From assembly GCA_013265495.1 (NCBI GenBank), contig MU061579.1:1423319-1487318 (forward strand): a stretch of 64,000 nucleotides of DNA. Reading direction: 5' to 3'. Under the pieces are notes generated by a model. That model was not told the DNA's origin. It searched no databases and saw only the letters and a list, made by a program, of their open reading frames with translations. This document shows, piece after piece, positions 54,016-64,000 of this stretch; the stretch's first letter is position 1; each line of letters begins with the position of its first letter. The translations under genes were made by a program, and so were the position numbers. The DNA is from Vicugna vicugna. Its lineage: Eukaryota.

Positions 54016-54879
54016 AATATCCCATTTTCTGGAGGGAAACTTAATGAGGTTAAGTGGCTCTGATTTTACTGGAGACCAAACGTTCATTGAGGAGTGAACT
54101 CTTGTCTTCAAGATCACTATAAATCTCTGGGTTCCGCACAGATGCTCTGCGGGATCCTAGTCCCTCTGTCTATAGGTCCATGGTCCCTGTCTGCACTGAG
54201 TTCTCCACTCATCTTAAGGCAAGAGGCAGGGATCAGGGAAACATTCAGGTACTCGTCCCACTGTGCTGGGTCTCTGGAAAGCATAAAGATCTGTGACAGG
54301 CCCACTAAGATGACACTGCCACTGCTGGACAACTTCTGTCTCTCTGTGGTAGCACAGGGAACCTTGTGAACACTTCCCCTGTGGGTGCTTGTCCTTGGTC
54401 TCTCCTCCTTCCTACATAACGTTAAAATCTTATAAAACACAAAAACTTCTCACGTAAAATTTTGCAGAAGGAAATTCTGATAACTGGTGTCAAATTTATT
54501 CCTCAACTTTGTATTTTTTGAAATATTGATAGGATAGAACATGGCATTAATTTGTTTAACAACTTTTGGAATTAAGATTCAGACAATATTTGAAGGAAAT
54601 GTTTTTTTTTTCTGATTTTTGTTCCATAATAGCAGAAATAACATAGGAACTACATTAGCTATAAAAGTTTGTTAAACTTCTAATATAAAAAAACTGGGTA
54701 TAATTTTTTTGTAAGTGTTCATCTCTGAGTGAATGTTTCGTTAATGTTTCCCAACTCTCCTCAAGTAAATTTTGGCATCAGAAATTTCTCAAAGCATATA
54801 TTCTGAACAGTCTCCTAAATATGTTTTAGCATAGAAGGAAAGGAACTCATTACTATTCTTTTCTAAATGTTTTTGTAAT

Positions 54880-56420
54880 ATTTTGTAATCTATTTCGTGG
54901 CAATTTTCAGCCATTTTTCTTTAATATGAACTTTAAACTCACTAGTTATAAAAGCAAACCATCTATCACTTGATGTCTGATTCAAATCTTATTACATTCA
55001 TTCTTAAATTAAGAAATGACATTTTTATGACTTTGAGTTGTCTTTAAAATATAATTATCTTTACATTAACCCAAATATTATTTTATTATGATATTTCATA
55101 AAATTTTATATCATTCAATAAAAAAGTACAATTTTCTTCACACAGATCTTGTTACTTTTTGATATATTTATTCCAAAGTATATTTATTTTTCTAATTTCA
55201 TTTTAATTATATATGTTAATTATTAAATATTTAATAAATTTCAGTCCTTTCATGTTGAATCTCTCACATTTAAGGGTTATAATTTATACAATTTTCAAAT
55301 AAAGTTAATCTTTCTTCTCAAATATATGTGTATATCTTTGTATGTAATGTATACATTACAAAGTGTTACATTTTATTATGATATCTAAAATATACAAAAA
55401 TGCTGAATATTTTGGTATGTGAAACATAATGAATTCTTTATGGAAACAATATTTCATATATTTAAGTTTTTATTTACTGCTTATTGGAACTGTTGGTAAA
55501 TAGAAGTCACTATGTTAAAGTCATTTTCTCATTTTAAATTATTTTTTAAAGAATTACTGATAATTTGTATCAAAGTGCTTCATAAATATTTTTTACCAAA
55601 TTTTGATACAATTAAGTGTAGTATTTATCATCACCTTCCTTTATGACTTTTGAAATTAAGATTCATGTGGTAATTGAGGGAGAATTTTTAGTCATTTTCT
55701 ATAATCTGTCATTGCAGAAATAATTTAGAAGTCATATAGCATGTAAAGTTTTATTAAATTTTAGATGTAAAAACAAACTGAATGTAATATCTTTTTTATT
55801 TTAATATTCCCTGAGTGACTCTTCTGTTGAGATTTTTGACTCTCTTCAGGTAAATTTTGGCACTAGAATTTTCTGAGAAATTTAGTCATTAAATTTTCAA
55901 TATCATAAAATTAATTTGGAAATACATCTTTTAATCTTGTTTTAACTTTTGCATATTTTTTGTTTTCCACTTCCTCTTTCCCAATGTTGCATAATTGTTT
56001 TCTAATTTTAATTTTCTTTATCCAATTTTCAATTTTTATTTCTTTAATACTGTCATAAAATAATCTGTTTTTGTGTTATTCAAGTTCTCTAAATTTTTCA
56101 CTTATATATATATTTATGTTTATATAAATAAAATATTTATTTTTATTAAAAATAAACAAATTTATTAATTTCAATTTCAATTTTATTTTTTTTTTACTTC
56201 TCACTTTATCACATTGTTTTATAGTGTTGTGATTCTATGGTTGATTATTATTATATCAAAGTATAAATTATTCCTATTTTTAAAAATCTTTGGACTTCAA
56301 AGATTATCCTTAAGATACATTTTTAGGTATACTACGTTAAGTTTGTTATAAAGTAATTCCTGCCATTAATTTTGTTTTGTTAATAAAAGTGTATTTTGCT
56401 TTATCAAAGTATACAGCAAT
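54880..56420 (-). mobile_element. Highly decayed old L1 ORF2 region (L1ME-like)
   Basis: ttttcttcacacagatcttg...tttattccaaagtatattta antisense ORF2 motif within a very T-rich strand. Confidence 0.5.
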
Positions 56421-57249
56421 AAGAAAAAGAAAATCATTGTATCAACCAGATCTGGTTAGATAATCCATGCTTACTTACTTCAAAGTCAAGCTAGCTGTAG
56501 GCTATGTAAAGATATTAAGACTGTGCTTACTTTTGAAGCTTGCCTACTTTCACTGTAGTCTTTACCTTTATTTAAACTCCCAGTGATGTTGAAGATACTG
56601 AACATAGCTCTATGTCTATAGAAATGTACAGCCTATTGACTTCTGACAAAGCCATCCTACCCGGAGATACCCATCTGTACTTAGATCCTAAACATCTATG
56701 CCCAAGTAGCAAAAGATAAATCAAATGCAAAAATAATACACAGCACAACTGGAAGAATCCATTTCCTAGTAGGACATAGTAGGTAGCAGCACCTCGTCAG
56801 TTCTGCTACCAACACCACCACAGATAAAGGGACACATTTTAAAATCATGTATGAAAACCATTGGAAATTGGCAGAAACCAAGATAGTTTCTGTTCAGAAA
56901 AAGAAGAGTCTCCTTTAGCTTTAGTTGAGCGTTGTTTCTTTTATGGCTCTTTGCCAAGTCTTGTCCTGGGCTAAAAGTCACTTTTGTTATCAGCAAAAAT
57001 ACTCAGCTAGGGAAAAGAAGAATCAGCATAATTTTTGAAGCCCCCATGAGTTGTCATGACATAGTTATTTCCAGGGAATTTTCTCATTTTCTGCCAATTT
57101 GCCTTCCTTGGATGTTTGCTCACTACCTGTTAAGACAGGAGGCTATAGGACTGGGATGAAAAGGTAAAGTCTTTTACCATCTCCCAGTACTTGGGAGACA
57201 AGTCATGCCTGGGAGAGGTCTCTCTCTCAGGATGTCTGTCAAATTTTGA

Positions 57250-57925
57250 ACTTATTTGAGGTTAGACACTAAAAAGCTAAACTAAATATCTCTGAAAAGC
57301 AGAAGTTTCAGAGGAGAGGAGAGAAATATCTGCCACGATCTCAGTCAAAACTGTGAACAAACTAAACCTTAGAAACATTGCGTCTGAGAAGCAGTGAGAT
57401 CTGTCTTATGCTTGGGAATAAAGCCCTTAGAATAAGAGGTACTTGAAACATCTGTAAATGGCATAAAATCACATACTATAAGGCATAAAACAGGTATTAA
57501 AAGATAAATAATCTGGTCAAGAATAGGAAAACTGAAGTACTCTGATAATTCAGATGTTGCAGTTAGCAGAAAAGGACTTTTAAATGACCATAAAAATGAT
57601 AAACAAAATATAGAGACCATAACGAAATAAATAGTAGAAATATGAAGAAATTCAATAGAGATTATAATTTGTTCATATAAAAGAGTAAAATAAACATTCT
57701 AGAAGAGAGAAATTACAATTTTTGAAAATTAATAATCCCTTTTATAGATGTAATAACAGACCAGACATAGCAATGAACAGGATTTTAAACTCCAAGACAG
57801 GTAAATTGAAATTACCCAACCAGAAGCACAGAGAGAAAGGGAATAAAAGAATGAGAGAGAGAATGAGAGCCATGTGGAACACAGTCATGCCTGAAAATGG
57901 AGTCACAGAAGAAGATGGGGAAGGG
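57250..57925 (+). mobile_element. Old L1 5'/ORF1 fragment
   Basis: aacagaccagacatagc, gaaattacccaaccagaagcacagagaga, atgtggaacacagtca and ggagtcacagaagaaga are ORF1 motifs. Confidence 0.7.
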
Positions 57926-57929
57926 AGTC

Positions 57930-59580
57930 TGTGAAGGAAGACACTTGGGAGGTTTCTTAGGAAGGGCACTGAAGATCTTTACCTATGAGAGAGAAGAGTG
58001 CATATTGGGTAGATGAGGTTAAATTGAGATTCAGTTGCAGCAAAGTCCACAACTAATCCCCAAAGAAACATAGCCCTTTATAATTGTGCAGACTGAGCAG
58101 GCGCAGCCAGGCTCACTAAGCAGCAGTGTTATTGACTGCACCTGACAAACGAAGGTCTCTTTGGGGGAGGACATCTCCCAGGAGACTAAGCTATAAATCA
58201 TCCATCAGTATCCATCCACTCCCAGAAACTGGGGAAAGGAGAGTGAAGAATAAATTTGAGCATCCTCCCAGAGCATGGGTTGCAGACCAGTCTTTGTGAG
58301 ATACGCTATCAAGTTTTATTTGCTACTGTGGCAGGGAGTAGGGGATGTCACCTACAGTACCCTTCTTGCTATACTACTTTTTATACCACAGGCCAAGGAA
58401 TTAATGCAAATTTTCCACCAACTATCACATGTATCCATTCAAATATCCATTCAGGCATGAGGGAAATTATCACTGTAATGTCCATTGACCCAGTGGCCCC
58501 ATTGTGAGCCAGATTTGGCTAGGGCTTCATCTCCTACCTTCTCTATACATCTTTGCCACTACCCATCCCCCCATGTAATATGGGAGTCAGTGGCACTTCA
58601 AGTACCCTGATATCAATAACTTAGATCCTGGGTCCTCAAAATATCTTGACATTGCTCTTTCTCCTGCATTTTATTATGTTAATTAATAGCTGTATATTCC
58701 TTTGGAGGACTAGATAAATCATTCAGGTATACATATTTGTAGGAAATTCAGGGTCCATCCTTTTAGACACCTGGCTATATTCTAGTCAGTGGACTCTAGC
58801 CAGTTTTCTGAAGTTTTTGTTTCCTTCTTCACAATGTGTGATAGCAATTCTTGCATTTTTACTACACTCACATATTGATAGCTTTTTCCAAATTTCAAAG
58901 AATCATCTTAGCAAGATTTTAACAAGTTCTACCAGAGTTCTTATCAAACTGTTAAATCCTACAGAAGGGAGAGTCTTTCTATGTTGCTAAACCTTTCTTT
59001 ACTCAATTTTATATTTCACAGTACACCCTAAACACAGCACAATCAAAAAGTCAAGGACCATGCCTATTCTTCAACTCCTCTAGACCCTACATAAACTTTC
59101 AGATAGAGCCTAGCAGATCAATAGCTGGTTTGATTTGTGACTTGGCTCTTGTGTTGATTTAGTTTCCAGGGTATAGATGGTCATGGTTCCCAGTGTAGAC
59201 ATGTTGTCTTACAAGTAAGAGACCTCTCTGTCATCTTCAGGGAAGGGGAAAGTGCTGATTTGTAAAAGAAAAAAACTTAATCCACAGGGTTTATGAGAAA
59301 GTGAAATTTCAAGATATTCCAGTGTCTTGACCCAGGTGTCCTAATTCCCAGTCCCAGTGCCCACTACTTCCCCACAAGGGTCCCAGCCCAGGTATATCAG
59401 ATTCGCTTAGGTTTTGAATTTAAACTTTTTCTGGAGCTTGGCCGACTTCACGATGAAGTCTTACGTTTTTCTGTTCACTGACTATAGGCGATGAGAGTTT
59501 CTTTACACGATGCAAGGAGGCCTAATTACTTTCACACATCACCCTAAATTGGTGACAGATTACCCTCATCATGACATTTT
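57930..59580 (-). mobile_element. ERVL remnant (LTR plus internal sequence with gag trace)
   Basis: The minus strand near 59300-59430 translates LNSKPKRI*YTWAGTLVGK*W, resembling ERVL gag LNSQPRQVSYVKVRALIGKEW. 57930-58290 resembles an antisense ERVL LTR. Confidence 0.55.
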
Positions 59581-59589
59581 TTTCCTTGA

Positions 59590-60920
59590 AGTTCTAGCCA
59601 ATACAACAAGGTAAGAAAATAAAAGATATAATTTTGGTGGATGCTTTATCTCTGGCCTTTGAAAGTTTAAAAAAGTTATAACATAAGCACAAAGATATTA
59701 TAAGCATCCTCAAAATACACAAAGACTAAGCAAAATATTAGGAGGAAAATAACAACGTAATAAAAAGTTAGCATATCATGACTACAGTAGGTTTATTTCA
59801 GGTTAACATTAGAAGATCAATCAGTGTGATTCACTACATTAAAAGAATATTGAAATTTGGAAACATGACAAGAATGTCCACTCTCACCACTGGTAGTAGG
59901 CATTGTACTAATGGTTGGTCCTAAGCCATATGTTAAGATAGGACCACTCCCCCAACGGCACTAAAAAGATTCAGTGAAAGAAGGAAAATAAACTTTATCC
60001 ACAGATTACATAATTATGTATATATAGAATTAGAATTAATAAATGTACTCAGCAAAGTCACTGATTAAGGTCAATATACAAATATCAGTTGAGCCTGTAA
60101 ATATTTGCAAGAAACAAAAACTAGAAATGAGGTTTATGAAATACCACTTATAATAGCATCCCAAATAACAGATAACTAAAAATGAAATCAAAGTAAAATA
60201 TACAATAGCTCCACATTGAAAATACAAGGAGGAAAATTTAAATTATCTAGGTTAATGGAGAGCTGTACCATGTTTATGAACAAAAAACTAAACATTCTAG
60301 AGATGTCAGTTCTCTGACTATTGTTCTATATACTTAGTATAATCCTAAAACAATCTCAGTGACATTTTTGTAGAAATTGAAAATGTGCCCCTGAAATTTT
60401 TATAATAATTTTAAGATCTTGGATTACTCAAGAGAATCTGGAAGAAAAGAACAAACTTGGGTGCATTGAATCAATAGTTTCAAAATTTCCCACAAGTTAT
60501 ATTATGACAGCGTGTTACGGAAATAGTGATAGATGTATAGACTACTGAAATATAATAGAAAGCTGATAAATAGAAGAATACATGTGCAAACTTCATATAC
60601 AGCAGATTCATCACAGCAATTCCATAGGGAAAGAATATTTAGGGTATTTTAGTTCATTTTTGTTTGTTTTCAGAAGTAAATAAATAAATTGTGCCGGATC
60701 AACTGGATTTCTGTATAAAAAACAAGTAACAACAAAAACTTGGATCTTTAGACCAAAAAAATGCAATAAATTTTAATTCATAATGCTGAGAAGAATAAAA
60801 GCTTTTTCAATTCCAAAACTTCAATAAGAAAATCTAGGAGGAAATCTTTGCGGCCATGGGGTAGATGAAGATTACTTAAATAGGACTCAAAATAACTAAT
60901 CACAGTATAATATAAAGAAT
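59590..60920 (+). mobile_element. Old L1 ORF2 fragments including RT region
   Basis: gttctagccaatacaacaagg, aatcagtgtgattcactacattaa, acaagaatgtccactctcaccac, cagcaaagtcactgattaaggtcaatatacaaa and agatgtcagttctc. Confidence 0.8.
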
Positions 60921-62039
60921 TCAGGTTGACTGCTTTTGGGAGTAATGGGGTGAGAAATTAAACATTAGTGCTTCTTTCAAACGTTAAGTTGAATTAGAGA
61001 CTTTCTTCGCAGGGCAGGGTCCCTGAGTGCTGTATTTTGAAAACAGTGGAAGAAGGGATAAATTAGCCAAACCATCTCTCCATTCCAAAGGAAAGTCACT
61101 TTATTCCTAAGGGCTGGGGGAGGGAGAAAAAATTCTCCTTGAGTAGATGTGGTGGCAGATTTAGTCTCACACGTCTCTGATACCTTTAAGATTCACATTT
61201 AATTTAATAATACATTTAATGTTTAATATAATATCTAATTATGTAATGACAGTAGGGTATAGACTCTTTACTCTTTACAATGTTTTTTCAGTCAATATGA
61301 AAGCAAGCTTAAAGACTCATAGTTCCACCTCTTGTACCACCTCTTTCAGACGTATTTTATGGCCCATAAGCATTGGATGTAGTCATTCTAGATTTCTTAT
61401 AATCTCCTCTTCTACCTCTATATTGTCTAAGAGCCAAGACCATCTCTTACTCATCTTTCAATCTCCTTATCACCAAACAGAATGACTGGCAAATCACAGT
61501 GATGAATAATGTTGAAAAAAATTACATAAAAATATATGAGAGGTAAAATTTGGAACGTGACTTACAGTGCTATTAAAATGAGGAAAGATTTATGGAATTT
61601 GTTTCTTACCTATGTTAGTGGACATTAGGTAATATGCTATACAAAATGCTGGAAAGTTCTATTCTAATTCATAGAATACTGCTTCTGTACCAACAAACAG
61701 AAGACCACTAAAATTATCAGCAATATGAAAATCAGTCAACTTTGTTAATTCTCCTATTGAAAATTGCTCAAAAAATATTACTACTTTTCTCAGAAAAACC
61801 AAGTACTCAAAATATGTTAAAACGTTAATTTTAAAAAATTGACTACAGGTTAGGATTAATTTGAAATATAAAAATAAAACTCTTCAAACAATTTTTGTAA
61901 AACGTATGTGTTCATTAGTTTAGGAAAACTAAAAGTACAAACTCAATAAAATGTACATAGTAGATTGTGGAAAATGGAGTTTTTATCTTGTAAAAATTCT
62001 TGCATATTACATAAAGAGCTTACAGAATAGACTCATTTA

Positions 62040-62258
62040 AATTTATTTTACTCATTTTAAAAATTTTTTATGGAGCAAACTTTGCTTTTCTGAGACGTAC
62101 AGTGTTGAGACTTAGGGAAATGCATAGAATCAGACAGTCATCACCACAGGCAGGATACAGGATGGTACCTTCACTCAAAGGTTGCCCTCATGCTGCTTTG
62201 TAGTCAAAGCTTTCCAACACTCTTTATTCCTGGCAACCACTGACCTCATCTCTATTGA
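62040..62258 (-). mobile_element. Old L1 (L1MC/MD-like) 3' end
   Basis: gtacagtgttgaga...aaatgcataga...caccacaggcaggatacagga...cctggcaaccactgacct is the antisense 3' end. Confidence 0.7.
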
Positions 62259-63554
62259 AGATATGCCAGCACATGCACTAGTTTCATTATATGCATACGT
62301 TTCATAAAGTTAAATATGTATTACAACACAGTATTTTCAAAAGAAAATATATGGCTATTTGGTAACTATTAAAGAATCGAGGAAAAGATGGATAAGTGAA
62401 AAATAGTGCAACATAAATTTGTGATTTCACATGCTTTTATTCTTCCCTATACCTCATTATCTCTATCTCTATACATATATTTCTAATAAAATTATCACTG
62501 CAGAATTACTTTAATAATGTCTGCACATATGCAGAATATACCTGTACAGATAACTAGTTGAAAAAAGTTATTGAGTCAGATAGTTACCACCTCCAAAGCA
62601 TTAATTTTTCAGAGAAATATAGTAAAAAATTTGTTATTTCACTTAATGTTAGACACAACAGGAAGTAACCTTTCACAAGAAGTTTAATATGACCCCAACT
62701 AGACATGTAAAGTACATGATAATTATCGAATTATCAAATTTTATCTTTTATTTACCTGGTTTTAAACCATCCAAATTTGGAACTTCATTTATTAATAGAT
62801 TTAATGTAGTTTATTGACCACCTTTCATTCTATACATAATCTCATACTTAGCTTCCCCAGTGAATCAGCTCCCACATTTTGCGCATTCATCCCTTTGCTG
62901 CTTCTAAACAACAGTCTCCTTTTACAGAATCTTACTAATTGATGATTGGAAACTTGTGCTTCAATTTAACTGAGAAAATGCCCTTCATCATTGTCTGTAT
63001 TTATTAAGGATATCGGGAGTTGCATAAACGTGAGAAAGGGAAAAGTAGCCTTTCATTTGCAGTTTTTGGTATTAACCATATTGAGGGTGGGTTTTGTTTT
63101 TTTTTCCATCAGCTGATTTTGCAGCTTCCACCGAGCACCATTTGCAGAGTTTCCTTACAGCAGACAGTGATGCTAATGCTAAAATAAAGATGTTCTGGGT
63201 TTGGTGAACTATTAGGTGACCAAGATTTGTAAAACATAGGGAAACCCATATTATTTTCAGTTGCATTCTGACTGTATGCACACATTCCTTTTCAGTGTTT
63301 GCCAAGTGAGAAACCAAAGTACTAATGGTAGGGAAACATTGTTTTGGAATTTCTATTACCAAATTACTGTTTTTATCTAAGGAGAATACCTGCTTTACTT
63401 GATAAGTAAGACTTGCTCCCCAAATCTGCATAAGAAAATACTTCTGTGCTCGCAGACAATATTGAAATTGCCTTTCAGTATTTTCTAAAGGTCATCTCCA
63501 ATACTGAAAGGCTTTCTCATATTTACTGTGAGATTCTTAAGCAAAATGGTATTA

Positions 63555-63695
63555 AATTATAAACCTCATGAGAACAAGGGTTGAGTGTATCATGTTTACG
63601 ACTGTTTTCAAGTACCTGGCATGGTGCCTGGTACAGAAATATTCAATAAATATTTACTAAGAGAATAAAGGAATACATGGATGAATGAATAAAGA
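63555..63695 (+). mobile_element. L2 3' end
   Basis: tataaacctcatgagaacaaggg...gtacctggcatggtgcctggtacagaaatattcaataaatattt...atgaatgaataaa. Confidence 0.8.
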
Positions 63696-64000
63696 CAGTA
63701 AAACATGTGACTTAAACCTGAGATTTTTTACATCTGATTTTAACTTCAATTATATGGTGTAAACTGAAGAAAATTTGTCTTCTTCTGAAATTAATGGAAA
63801 AGCATATTATGTTAATAAGCCACAATGCACACTTAAAATTGTTATTCTTCCAACATTTTATAGAAGATAAAAACTGAAAGTGGAGAATATTATATTTATT
63901 GAAATAAGAAAAGGAAATAATTCTCTATTTTCATCGGAGGAGAATTCTGTAAATGGCCACCTAAGCAGGAGAAGCCTGGCAAAAAGAGTGTTATTGTTTT

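Noticed and set aside
55343..55360. 18-bp perfect palindrome TGTAATGTATACATTACA
   Set aside because: AT-rich and inside a decayed L1; no sign of function.

Overview
AT-rich, CpG-poor mammalian genomic DNA, intronic or intergenic. It is most likely from a camelid: a tRNA-Ala-derived SINE with a perfect 17-bp target-site duplication resembles the Tylopoda vic-1 family. No protein-coding gene, RNA gene or CRISPR array is recognisable, and most ORF-track entries look like chance ORFs or decayed repeat frames. The window is dominated by transposable elements: the 5' end of a young-looking minus-strand L1 (1-400), several old L1 pieces, ERV1-type solo LTRs, MaLR LTRs, two ERVL remnants with gag traces, a MER58B hAT element and MIR/L2 fragments. 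The most interesting signal outside the repeats is a series of minus-strand candidate exons with consensus splice sites (about 63.4, 49.5, 27.1, 22, 18.7, 15.6, 8.1 and 2.8 kb). They may belong to a spliced transcript, more likely a lncRNA or decayed gene because their phases do not chain into one ORF. I found no convincing novel biological system. Repeat family names come from recalled consensus sequences and need RepeatMasker/Dfam confirmation, and boundaries of old repeats are approximate.
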